Source of the DNA: a virus
Lineage: Duplodnaviria > Caudoviricetes
DNA length: 55,441 nucleotides
Strand: one strand, 5' to 3'
Virus record (IMG/VR): IMGVR_UViG_3300044898_000092
Coordinates: 1-55,441 of that record
The notes below the pieces were generated by a model. It did no database searches and was not told the DNA's origin. It saw nothing but the letters and a program-made list of their open reading frames with translations. This document shows positions 27,257 through 35,731 of this stretch, one piece after another (positions within the stretch are counted from its first letter, which is position 1; every line of letters begins with the position of its first letter). Made by a program: the position numbers and the translations under genes.

Positions 27257-27995
27257 TTGCGATCACCGTGAGTTTTTCGGGTTGACGAACTTCGACTTGG
27301 GGGAGCGGCGCGGCCTGGCGCGCGATTTCTTCCGCGATGGCGTTTTCATAGAATTGAACGGTGTTGATTGCGCCGCCGCGGTGTTTTGCTGTCGCTTTGC
27401 GCGCGCCAACCAAAATTAAATCGCGCGGCCAGCCGCTTGCGAGCCAAGTATGAACCCGGTTTGCAGCTCCACACCAACCAGGTGGAACAAAACGAATCTC
27501 ATGCCCAGCGATGATTAACAGCTCGTCTGCCAAATCCCGCGCAGCGTCGCTAATGAGCGGCTCGCGCGCTTCTCCATCAACATCAATCTGTTCTGTATTC
27601 TGCTTCTGTATCTGCTCTGTCTCTGGTGCCGTTTCAGTAGCGGTTTCTGGAACGGTTGAAACGCTTGATGAAACGTTTCGTTTCTTATCCCTGTAACGTT
27701 TCACACGTTCGGTTGATGTGTCAGATTTGAACTGGCGTTTGGTCCAATTATGAGGAACGAAATTTTCCCCTACGCGGTCGATCAAGTTGGCCTTGACGAG
27801 CTTCGTAATATACTCGGCGGCCTTGGCCTCTGTGACGCGAAGGCCAAGCGCTACGTCGTCGATCGCCGGCAGCACGCCATCATTCTTGGACGCGACGCAA
27901 AGCAGCGCCAACCATTGCCAGCGCAGCGCCTCCGGTAGCTTCAACAGCTTCGGATGGTCTATGCAGTCCTCGTTTATTCGGAGCCAGCGGCTCAT
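27111..27995 (-). CDS. Replication initiator / replisome organiser
   Basis: WLR...DHPKL N-terminal wHTH, HNW.KRQFKSD.STERVKRYR, TETE-like linker. Confidence 0.8.
   Translation of the reverse strand: MSRWLRINEDCIDHPKLLKLPEALRWQWLALLCVASKNDGVLPAIDDVALGLRVTEAKAAEYITKLVKANLIDRVGENFVPHNWTKRQFKSDTSTERVKRYRDKKRNVSSSVSTVPETATETAPETEQIQKQNTEQIDVDGEAREPLISDAARDLADELLIIAGHEIRFVPPGWCGAANRVHTWLASGWPRDLILVGARKATAKHRGGAINTVQFYENAIAEEIARQAAPLPQVEVRQPEKLTVIANGKSERGNIIQAADRLVDTVRSFDAGPDNPDEIRSGTGAAPVRLLSQG
27585..27712. repeat. Putative origin iterons within the initiator gene
   Basis: Clustered TGAAACG/CGTTTC copies in both orientations plus TCTG repeats in a locally AT-richer stretch. Confidence 0.55.
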
Positions 27996-28366
27996 CGTGG
28001 CTCTTGGAGCATTTGAGCGGCGGCGACGCCTAATTGGCTCGATCGCTTGGCGTAGGTTTCGTTATCAACTCTTCCTATGCACACGAGAGAGACAGCATCG
28101 GCAACGAGGCGGATGGCGTGTATCGGGTCGATATCGAACCACTCGCCGTGTCGATGCACGCGCCGCAGCTCCTTATGAGACAAGGATTCTGCCCGCGCCG
28201 CCTCGGCTCGATCCATAGGGCCAAACACGATAGAAACCTGGATCCGATTAGGGCTCGCCGTTCGGAGCGTCGCTATCCTAGCCGCAGGATCGTTCGCGAT
28301 TCCAATTTTCACGGGACCGCACGGCCCAGCAGCGCTTACCGTCGAGATGATGTAGACGAACGTCAT
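27992..28366 (-). CDS. GIY-YIG (T5orf172/MUG113-like) nuclease-domain protein
   Basis: FVYII...VKIGIA.DP..RI.TL.TASP...E...H...HGEWF. Confidence 0.8.
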   Translation of the reverse strand: MTFVYIISTVSAAGPCGPVKIGIANDPAARIATLRTASPNRIQVSIVFGPMDRAEAARAESLSHKELRRVHRHGEWFDIDPIHAIRLVADAVSLVCIGRVDNETYAKRSSQLGVAAAQMLQEPR

Positions 28367-28424
28367 GCTATGCCCACCTTCCCGGCCCTTAGCGCGTCTC
28401 TGAGGGGTTGGATTGAGTTGGGTG

Positions 28425-28811
28425 TCATGGTTGCGCCCGATACCCGTAAACGAACATTGGCTTATCGTTAGCGCGATCTTCCATCGCTCGACTGAAGGTG
28501 ATGCGCCAAAGCCTTTCAAAGGGCAGGCCGTTTTGCACAGGCCAAACAATCGCTATGGCATCGACCGGAAGTCCATAGGACTGAAGCGCCGCGAGCGCGC
28601 CAAAGCCCTCAGAGTCGTTGCCGGTCGAAATCATCTCGACTGTGGCCTGAGCGTAGGGGTGACCTCTGCCACCCCGACACGACTGGCAGGTTTCGAATCC
28701 GTTCGCGTGCAACACACGAACGGCGAACCTGATGCCTTTATCGAGGTTCTGATACCAAGCCTCCGGTGCCATCATATCGCGCAACGGAATTTGCTTTCGC
28801 GGTTTCTTCAT
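28425..28811 (-). CDS. Hypothetical protein
   Basis: LDKGI..AV..L...GFETCQSC.GG.GH motif. Confidence 0.65.
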   Translation of the reverse strand: MKKPRKQIPLRDMMAPEAWYQNLDKGIRFAVRVLHANGFETCQSCRGGRGHPYAQATVEMISTGNDSEGFGALAALQSYGLPVDAIAIVWPVQNGLPFERLWRITFSRAMEDRANDKPMFVYGYRAQP

Positions 28812-28982
28812 CTACCCCACCCTCTCAGTCTCTATGGCTTGGGTTGCTGCGGTCGACACTTTCAATGGACATTCGGATGGACGCCAATCGGTTTTTGCCA
28901 ACTCTCCGAACCATAGGCTCACGCAACGGTCACAAATCCACTCGCCGGATTGTTCGCATCGGCGCTCGCATTTATCAATCAT
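28812..28982 (-). CDS. 56-aa Cys-containing protein (not in ORF track)
   Basis: MIDKCERRCEQSGEWICDRC...; ATGA-coupled and abuts the next start. Confidence 0.5.
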   Translation of the reverse strand: MIDKCERRCEQSGEWICDRCVSLWFGELAKTDWRPSECPLKVSTAATQAIETERVG

Positions 28983-29989
28983 TCTGCTGCCTCGCGAATT
29001 TCTGAATCCGTCATGACCATTCCGCGAACAAGTCGCTTTGCGGCAATGGAGCCGGAGGCGGCAAGCCGAGTTGCAAGAGTGCGAAACGCATACGCGCCTT
29101 CCAAGCTGACAACTCCGTTGCCGAGCAGGCGAAGTCTGTCCACGCGAGCAATGTCCAGCCGGGAGGCCAGCCCATCAGCCACTCGACGAAAAGCGGGTTC
29201 AAGCTCCGGCGCTCTTTCGAGGATATGCCGCCAACTGTGTAGGTCGGATCGACCTGGTGGAAAGAGGTCGCCGCAGTCGGCCATTCCATCGCCACGCGGG
29301 GGAGCGGCCAGCCTCTCGTGCCGTAAAGTTCCTCGTTGGATTGTTGGCCGCTGTCCGATCGCCAATCGCGCGCTGTCGGCGTCGGCCAATTCGATACCGC
29401 TGTCTGTAAATTCTCGCCGCCATCCCGGCCGGAAGTTCCCGGACCCGTGACCATATTCGTTGTCGCAGTCGGCCACGGCGAGAATGAAGATTCGCTCACG
29501 TTCATGCGGCGCGCCGACCTCTGACGCCGTAAACAATCCACCCTCAAGCTCAAACCCCAGCCTGCGAAAGTCACGCCAAACCCGCTCGGCGCCTCCCGAC
29601 GAAAGCATGGCGCCGACGTTTTCAATAAGGACGAACCAGCATCCGGATTGGACGATGATGCGCCGTGCGGTACTCCAAAGGTCGCGCTCGTCGTCTTCGC
29701 CTTGTCGCAAGCCGGCGAGACTATGCGGCTGGCACGGGATGCCGCCAATGAGGCCATCCACGAGTCCACGCCACGGGCGGCCGTTGAAGGTTCTGGCATT
29801 GCTCCATACAGGAGCCTCATCCAATAAACCTTGTTGCATCGCGCAGACCAAGTGACTGGCGGCGAAGGCTTCCCTCTCCACCATACAGACTGTGCGAGCG
29901 CCTGGCATTGCCAACTCGACGCCGAGATCGAGCCCGCCGCCTCCGGTGCACAGGCTGATGATGTTGAAAGTTTCGGGATGTACAGCCAC
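28979..29989 (-). CDS. DNA cytosine-C5 methyltransferase, catalytic polypeptide
   Basis: Motifs I (SLCTGGGG), IV (GIPCQPHS), VI (IENV), VIII (PHERERIF), X (LGNGVV). Confidence 0.9.
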   Translation of the reverse strand: MAVHPETFNIISLCTGGGGLDLGVELAMPGARTVCMVEREAFAASHLVCAMQQGLLDEAPVWSNARTFNGRPWRGLVDGLIGGIPCQPHSLAGLRQGEDDERDLWSTARRIIVQSGCWFVLIENVGAMLSSGGAERVWRDFRRLGFELEGGLFTASEVGAPHERERIFILAVADCDNEYGHGSGNFRPGWRREFTDSGIELADADSARLAIGQRPTIQRGTLRHERLAAPPRGDGMADCGDLFPPGRSDLHSWRHILERAPELEPAFRRVADGLASRLDIARVDRLRLLGNGVVSLEGAYAFRTLATRLAASGSIAAKRLVRGMVMTDSEIREAAE

Positions 29990-29994
29990 GTCAA
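29011..29994 (-). CDS. Overlapping alternative-frame methyltransferase subunit (WPT repeats and motif IX-like segment)
   Basis: 327-codon open frame; TTGA-coupled to upstream gene; three WPT repeats and LNPLFVEWLMGWPPGWT. Confidence 0.65.
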   Translation of the reverse strand: MTWLYIPKLSTSSACAPEAAGSISASSWQCQALAQSVWWRGKPSPPVTWSARCNKVYWMRLLYGAMPEPSTAARGVDSWMASLAASRASRIVSPACDKAKTTSATFGVPHGASSSNPDAGSSLLKTSAPCFRREAPSGFGVTFAGWGLSLRVDCLRRQRSARRMNVSESSFSPWPTATTNMVTGPGTSGRDGGENLQTAVSNWPTPTARDWRSDSGQQSNEELYGTRGWPLPRVAMEWPTAATSFHQVDPTYTVGGISSKERRSLNPLFVEWLMGWPPGWTLLAWTDFACSATELSAWKARMRFALLQLGLPPPAPLPQSDLFAEWS

Positions 29995-30452
29995 GCCGCC
30001 CTCCCCACTTCAAGGGAGAGCAAAGTGTCGCGACGAGAAGCCCAATATTTTAGCGGGTTTTCTCCATAACGCTTCTCTCGAATGTACGCGTGAACGTTCG
30101 GATATCGATCGAAGTTTTTCGGGTCATGCCAGATGTTGGCGGGATACTCATCACGCATAATCGAAAGATCGGAATCGTAAAACTGATGTGGCATGGGCGG
30201 GCGAGGAAGCGGCCAATAGCCGCCATCTTCAAGCGTGACCGGATAGCCGATGCCGTCCCACGCGTGAATTGCCAAGACGCGAGCCGAGCCAATGAATCCA
30301 GGCAGCGGATGCAAATTCAGCCCTATGTAATCGACGTAAGTGTTGACCTTGACGTAAGGCTCGCGCGGCGGCGTGAAGGCCGGCACGACCAAACCAACCG
30401 CTGCAGCGGAGGCCGCGAGAAACAAGAAACGGCGGCGCGTAATATCGATCAT
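29991..30452 (-). CDS. Hypothetical protein with twin-arginine-like signal
   Basis: ITRRRFL followed by a hydrophobic stretch. Confidence 0.6.
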   Translation of the reverse strand: MIDITRRRFLFLAASAAAVGLVVPAFTPPREPYVKVNTYVDYIGLNLHPLPGFIGSARVLAIHAWDGIGYPVTLEDGGYWPLPRPPMPHQFYDSDLSIMRDEYPANIWHDPKNFDRYPNVHAYIREKRYGENPLKYWASRRDTLLSLEVGRAA

Positions 30453-30661
30453 GCAGCGACTCCCACTTCAAGGGAGACAGAAATACATGCAGGCGTGTTT
30501 CTGGATTCGATCTTGTCGAGTCCGCGCCAGAACTCAGTCCGCGTTTTGATTCCGTGTCGCGTGACCTTGACGAGGTCGCAGTTTTTACAAGCCCGCTCCG
30601 TCTTGCCAGCGCGAGGGAATCGTACCGGGTCGCCCCAGCTATGGCGGGGTGAGGTGGTCAT
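30449..30661 (-). CDS. Hypothetical protein
   Basis: ATGA coupled; H.WG...CKNC...C. Confidence 0.6.
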   Translation of the reverse strand: MTTSPRHSWGDPVRFPRAGKTERACKNCDLVKVTRHGIKTRTEFWRGLDKIESRNTPACISVSLEVGVAA

Positions 30662-30924
30662 GCCGCGCTCCGCTTTGGAGAAGCGGCCCGCGCTTGACCT
30701 GTAGCCTTGATGACCTCTACCGTCTGACTGATGGGAGCGTAGCTTACGAGCCCAGCTTTTTTTAGGGCGTCGACTGTAGGGTTGTTGCTTCGCAGCACTT
30801 CATAACCGCCGATTTCTCGCGACCTTGCCAGCGCATGAGCAGCGCCGCACTCGCCGAGGGTCGTGCAGGCCGAAACCTTTTTATCGGACGCGGGGTGCGG
30901 GCATTTTTTAAAGATGCAATTCAC
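30658..30924 (-). CDS. Hypothetical protein
   Basis: Coupled ORF. Confidence 0.5.
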   Translation of the reverse strand: MNCIFKKCPHPASDKKVSACTTLGECGAAHALARSREIGGYEVLRSNNPTVDALKKAGLVSYAPISQTVEVIKATGQARAASPKRSAA

Positions 30925-31124
30925 GACCCCACACCCTCCCGCTTCAACCGCAACAGCCGCCGTCCCTGTGCGATCAGGTTGCGTGCTGCATCCTCATCAA
31001 CTTCAAGCATTTCACATATGCAGCTAAGCTCGGCATCTCGACCGGCGGCGTCCGCAAATTTCGCCGCAAGTGCAGCCCTGATGTCGCGCATGTTGGATTC
31101 GGTGGCGGGCGCATTGGGTTTCAT
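30921..31124 (-). CDS. Hypothetical protein
   Basis: Coupled ORF. Confidence 0.55.
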   Translation of the reverse strand: MKPNAPATESNMRDIRAALAAKFADAAGRDAELSCICEMLEVDEDAARNLIAQGRRLLRLKREGVGS

Positions 31125-31357
31125 GCGCCACCCGATCGCGCCTTAGACATGCGCTTACGCATTCTCGCGGCTTTTTGCGCACCGTGCTTCCAGATCAAAC
31201 CCCGGCAGACTTGGCAGGTAGTGAAGGGCGGGAGCCTCGGATTTTCGCATCCGCGATTCACGCATCGCAGGATGTTGACCCCGCGGCGCAATGTTTCACG
31301 TTCTATTCTGTAAGTTCTTGATTTAACTAGATGTCGGGTCTGGATGTGCGCCATCAT
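31121..31357 (-). CDS. Small Cys-rich protein
   Basis: CVNRGC...CQVC; coupled. Confidence 0.55.
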   Translation of the reverse strand: MMAHIQTRHLVKSRTYRIERETLRRGVNILRCVNRGCENPRLPPFTTCQVCRGLIWKHGAQKAARMRKRMSKARSGGA

Positions 31358-31869
31358 GACCGCTCCTCGCCCAAAGCAGCCGCAGCGCGCGCGATCTCAA
31401 GTATTTCAGAATCGGGAACTGCGGGGGTGAAGGATTCGGGACCAAGGCGCACGGAGTCGGTACTGCTCCTGAATTGCGCGCGTTCATCATCGGTCACGAT
31501 TTCGACGCCAAGGTCTGCAGGATCAAGGAAATAGACTGGCTTGCTGGCCTCAATAAATACCCGGATTTCGTAGTGGATGCCGAACGACGCTTCCCAACCT
31601 GCCATCATCGCTACAAGGATGGCGTCAGACTTCGCCATCATAGCCTCGTCGAACGGTAGCCATACCTCATGGTCGATTGGGTTTAACCCGCCATGGATCG
31701 CCAGCGGATGCGTGTGAGCGATCGGGCTATAGACCTTCAGCCCTTCGCTCATCAGCCGCGCGGTAAGCTTGCAGGCGTCGACAAACGCGACTTCAATACC
31801 GCCCTTATATTTCGTGTACGGCGTACCGACGTAGATCAGGTCAAAACGTTTGAGGTCGGAGAGTTTCAT
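31354..31869 (-). CDS. DUF1937 / nucleoside deoxyribosyltransferase-like protein
   Basis: IYVGTPYT...VYSPIAHTHP...GWEASFGI.YEI. Confidence 0.75.
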   Translation of the reverse strand: MKLSDLKRFDLIYVGTPYTKYKGGIEVAFVDACKLTARLMSEGLKVYSPIAHTHPLAIHGGLNPIDHEVWLPFDEAMMAKSDAILVAMMAGWEASFGIHYEIRVFIEASKPVYFLDPADLGVEIVTDDERAQFRSSTDSVRLGPESFTPAVPDSEILEIARAAAALGEERS

Positions 31870-32709
31870 CTATTCCGCCGCCACCCTGTGACCGGCCGCC
31901 GCGCCGTTGGTCTTTTTCAGAACCCCGATTTTCTCCAATGTGTCGCGCGCCATTTCCGCTGCGTCATCATCGCCATCGGCGGCGATCTTCTGGAGCGTCG
32001 CAAGCATCAGCTTGACGTGCGGGACCGTCGCCTGGAATTCACCCGTCGATGCTTTTACGTGTGCCGTGGTGACGCGGGATTTGCCTTCGGACGCCGCTTG
32101 GCGTTTTGCGTTTGCGAGTGTTTCGCCGGCCTTGTCGCCGTGCTTGCGGACGACATGCATCGCAACCGATGGCGAGACTTCATTATCACGCACCATCTGT
32201 TGAACATCTTGAGGTGCGGCGAGCAAGTCGAGATGGTTATCGACCGTCTGTTTTGTTTCCCACCCGAGCCGCTTCGCGATCTGCACCTTCTCCCATCCGA
32301 ACCCGATGAGACGCTTGACCACTGCGGCGATTTCCAGAGCAGTTAACGGCTCGCCCGAATTCGAAACCACGAGATCAGCGCAACGATCCGCGTCCGAAGT
32401 ACCCTTGGCCTCGGCAATGCATGGGATCGACTGAATTTCCGCGCCAAACTTCTCAATCGCCATCATCGTTGCGGCACGGCGCCGATGGCCTGCGACAACG
32501 AAAATCTCCTCGCCCTTCAAGCGAACCGTGATGGGGTGCTCGATGCTGAAACCGTTATCGGCAATCGCTTGGGCGAGCTGATGCAGACTGGCGTGTGCCG
32601 CCGACGTCGTCAGGTCGCGCACATTGTAGCCTTCCTCGACCTGAATTTTCCTCGGGTCGATCATCAGCAAGTCGCGCTTGCTTTCCGCTAGGTCACGAAG
32701 CTGCGTCAC
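31870..32709 (-). CDS. ParB/Srx-like nuclease-domain protein
   Basis: GYNVRD...PITVR...VVAGHRR; GTG start with GGGAG RBS. Confidence 0.8.
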   Translation of the reverse strand: MTQLRDLAESKRDLLMIDPRKIQVEEGYNVRDLTTSAAHASLHQLAQAIADNGFSIEHPITVRLKGEEIFVVAGHRRRAATMMAIEKFGAEIQSIPCIAEAKGTSDADRCADLVVSNSGEPLTALEIAAVVKRLIGFGWEKVQIAKRLGWETKQTVDNHLDLLAAPQDVQQMVRDNEVSPSVAMHVVRKHGDKAGETLANAKRQAASEGKSRVTTAHVKASTGEFQATVPHVKLMLATLQKIAADGDDDAAEMARDTLEKIGVLKKTNGAAAGHRVAAE

Positions 32710-32740
32710 GATCGACTCCCGAAATTGCTTTGATGAATTT

Positions 32741-33502
32741 TCATGCGGCCACCCATTGATCGCGACCGATACTTTTGCCGGCTCCGAGCTGCAAGACCTT
32801 GCGGATTTGCTCACGCCAGTAGGGCGAACATTTCGCTTTAGGATGCCGCTGAAACACTCTGTAAAGATCGGAAACGCGAACTGGCCCGCTCTGCCGCTGC
32901 AGCCATTCGTTGATCGTCACGCGCCAGCTTCTATCATCCGGCAACGGCAAAACGAGAACGCCGCGTTGAAAGATCAGCGGAACGAACGCTCCGAAATCAC
33001 GAGACTGCGCTGCGAGAACGTCGGCATCAAATTCACCGAAGGCGCACAGGACGACAGGCGCGCCGCTGTTGGCGATTTTGCCGTAGTATTTTGATTCCGG
33101 ATTCTCAATCGTGCATGGCGCCCCATCTTCATTGCAGAAGATGACGCGACCCGCGAGGAAGAAGAGCGCCGATGCGCAATCCCAGATCGGCTTGAACCAT
33201 TCGGTTTCGGTGCGGACGTGTAGCAACAACGTACCGTTGTTGTGCTGGCACATTTTGCGAACGAACAACCCGACGCCGTAGCGATTGAACGGAGGGTTCA
33301 ACCAGGTGCGTCCGAACTCGCGCCAATCCATCGCAAGAGTGTCTTGCTCCACCGTTATATTGCGCTCGGTCCCGATATTCCACGGCCTGATCTTGCCCGT
33401 AGCGGCATCAGTCGGGAACGGCCCAAGCGGTTCGAACACGTAACGCGGCGTGAACCTCGAGTCGTTCTTCCCGATCGGCGTTTGATGCGATCCCATCGTC
33501 AT
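32741..33502 (-). CDS. Phage N6-adenine methyltransferase (Dam-like)
   Basis: FTP...LGPF.TDAA...WLNPPF...RTETEWF. Confidence 0.8.
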   Translation of the reverse strand: MTMGSHQTPIGKNDSRFTPRYVFEPLGPFPTDAATGKIRPWNIGTERNITVEQDTLAMDWREFGRTWLNPPFNRYGVGLFVRKMCQHNNGTLLLHVRTETEWFKPIWDCASALFFLAGRVIFCNEDGAPCTIENPESKYYGKIANSGAPVVLCAFGEFDADVLAAQSRDFGAFVPLIFQRGVLVLPLPDDRSWRVTINEWLQRQSGPVRVSDLYRVFQRHPKAKCSPYWREQIRKVLQLGAGKSIGRDQWVAA

Positions 33503-34518
33503 GCCGCGACCTCGCCCGCTGGCGCTTCGTATCCCCATGCATCCCATCCGGGACGCGCGGTGCGCGCATTCAATTCGATCTTGGGTAGCGTCGGGAAATA
33601 CGCTTCGATCAGCTCATAAAATTGAACTGGCTTTGCTGAATGTTTTCCGACTGGCGCATCAACAAGGCTCGCGACTTGCGTCCCCATCGCTGGCGCGGGG
33701 ATCTTGCCGCGCGTCCCGACAAGCAAAAGCTCGTGTTGATTTCGAAACCAGTAGCCGGTCCCAATGCGATCCTTTGCCCAAATGCAATGTGATTTGTAGT
33801 CGAAGCCCCAAGCGACCATGACGCGCAGCGCATCGGACAGCATCGGCACCGTTGCCCAAAGGAACAGTGCGCAATCGTCTGCGGCGATATCCACGACCGG
33901 GCGCGCGCAAATCTCATCGGTTCCCGACGTCGGGTAGTGGTTATCCGCAGCACGGTCCATGCCAGTGTCGCGGCTGTAAACTTCGAAACGCCATTCCGGG
34001 TCGGCGTAAATCACGCCGTATTTTTTGTCAGGCAAGGCGCGCTGTTCTGCCGCAAGCGTCGTCTCGCGTTCGGCGCGGCGCGCTTTCTTGTCGACGGCGG
34101 TAACGTCCAGAGAAACGCGGCCGCTCTGATCGGCGATGCGCTGGCGCACATTGGCAACAACAGCCTCGAATGCCTGCTCGCCGATGCCAGCCACCCTTTG
34201 CGAGCGGGACGAAAGGTTGCGGTCTACTCCTACGTCGTCCAACTTCACTCGAAAGTATTGTCCGTCGTCCTGACAATTCTTTTTTGGCTGACCGCGCGAA
34301 ATTTCACCCGCCTGTTTCGCGGCCGTGATCATGATCCCTAGCCGCCGCTCCGCACGCAGCCGCAGTTCCGAGGCGTCCGCTTCGAGCTGCGTATCGTTCG
34401 CCATCCGCGCATAGGCGGTCATGGCAGCGGCCTTGTCGTGGATATCCTTCACCTCGTCGACGCTACGGGCGTCGGCAAGAGCGGCGCGCGCGGCCTCGTA
34501 TCGGATAAGCGCCGTCAC
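33499..34518 (-). CDS. MT-A70 family methyltransferase with N-terminal helical domain
   Basis: YGVIYADPEW, HYPT, LFLWAT, GTGYWFRNQHE, HSAKP, ELNAR..RPGWDAWG. Confidence 0.9.
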   Translation of the reverse strand: MTALIRYEAARAALADARSVDEVKDIHDKAAAMTAYARMANDTQLEADASELRLRAERRLGIMITAAKQAGEISRGQPKKNCQDDGQYFRVKLDDVGVDRNLSSRSQRVAGIGEQAFEAVVANVRQRIADQSGRVSLDVTAVDKKARRAERETTLAAEQRALPDKKYGVIYADPEWRFEVYSRDTGMDRAADNHYPTSGTDEICARPVVDIAADDCALFLWATVPMLSDALRVMVAWGFDYKSHCIWAKDRIGTGYWFRNQHELLLVGTRGKIPAPAMGTQVASLVDAPVGKHSAKPVQFYELIEAYFPTLPKIELNARTARPGWDAWGYEAPAGEVAA

Positions 34519-35291
34519 AGCATCGCCTCCTGCTTCGCAAGCTTGGGCGGCTCTATGAAAAGATCAGGACGTGCGAGCGCGTTCGAAATTCGACGGCAGG
34601 AAATGTCAAAATATTTTTCAACCTTTTCGATCCCTGTGAAACGCTTCCCGCGCCGAACGGCCGCGACCCCGGTTGAACCGGCTCCCATGTAGGGATCAAT
34701 GACAGACTTCCCCTTGATGAATCCCATACACCACAGCATCAACGCTTCAGGCTTTTGCGACGGATGAAATCTTTTCTGGCCCGCTGTGACCTCGTGGCGC
34801 GCGCCCTCACCTACGCAGAGACCGTCCCATAGCAGCCGAAAAATACGCATCGGCTGGTCACGATTGATCCAGGCAGCTTCGCCGTCACCTTGATCGCGAA
34901 CTTTTCCGGTCGGCACCTTGTCCCATACCAGCCACCCGCCGGCAGGAAGCCGGTCAGCGAACTTGTGCGCGCCGAAGATCAGAAGTTCCGGCGCAAGCCC
35001 GAGCAGATGCGAGGGATCGAACGGCTTATCGTCGCCGATGATAGGTTCATAAATCGTGGGAGAAACGACTAGCGTCTTACCGTTGCGCTGGACGACTGCG
35101 TTCTCTCGCGTGCCGCCCGCATAGAACGTGTTGACCTTGTAATCCTGCCCATAAGGAGGATCGGTCACCACCGCATCATGCTTGACCAACGTCGGTAATA
35201 TCTCGTGGCTGTCGCCGAGATAACATGAGACGCCATCCGCAAGATGTTCGACGCGTACTGATGACGTGCTGCGATGGTTGGGGGTGCTCAT
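34515..35291 (-). CDS. N4-C/N6-A DNA methyltransferase (beta class)
   Basis: TDPPYG precedes HPSQKP and DPYMGAGSTG. Confidence 0.9.
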   Translation of the reverse strand: MSTPNHRSTSSVRVEHLADGVSCYLGDSHEILPTLVKHDAVVTDPPYGQDYKVNTFYAGGTRENAVVQRNGKTLVVSPTIYEPIIGDDKPFDPSHLLGLAPELLIFGAHKFADRLPAGGWLVWDKVPTGKVRDQGDGEAAWINRDQPMRIFRLLWDGLCVGEGARHEVTAGQKRFHPSQKPEALMLWCMGFIKGKSVIDPYMGAGSTGVAAVRRGKRFTGIEKVEKYFDISCRRISNALARPDLFIEPPKLAKQEAML

Positions 35292-35731
35292 GTGGGCACT
35301 CCGAACATACCGAGATAGAGCGCGAGTTCACCTATAGGTGCAGCCTCATCGATCGCGTCCGATAATCTGCATGCGTTATTGCCGCTCGCGCCCGATACCG
35401 TGAATTTCCGGCTGCGTAGCGCGAGATTCAAAAGCAGCGCGGCGTCATTGAGCGAGACTTCGTATTCGTTCCAGCACCAGTTGCCGACATGCGAGGCTGC
35501 ATTGATGACTTTGAACTCCCGCCGAAAAATCCGGATCGTCTCTTCGCATTCCGTGAAGCGCGGAGCGGCGCCGCCGGACAGGTCCAAGTCAAGCGTCTCG
35601 CCCTTGCGGCTAAACGACAAGCCATCAGCCAGCCCAACGAAATATCCGCCATCGCCATTGCAAGCCACAGCGACTCGGATCGTCGGGGCCGGGTCGCGCC
35701 GCGAGCGCTTGCGTTGCTTGAGGCTACTCAT
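35288..35731 (-). CDS. Hypothetical protein
   Basis: Coupled ORF; VGNWCWN motif. Confidence 0.6.
   Translation of the reverse strand: MSSLKQRKRSRRDPAPTIRVAVACNGDGGYFVGLADGLSFSRKGETLDLDLSGGAAPRFTECEETIRIFRREFKVINAASHVGNWCWNEYEVSLNDAALLLNLALRSRKFTVSGASGNNACRLSDAIDEAAPIGELALYLGMFGVPT

Noticed and set aside
28979-35291. Restriction-modification system
   Set aside because: No cognate restriction endonuclease recognised; the nearby GIY-YIG and HNH genes look like typical stand-alone phage genes
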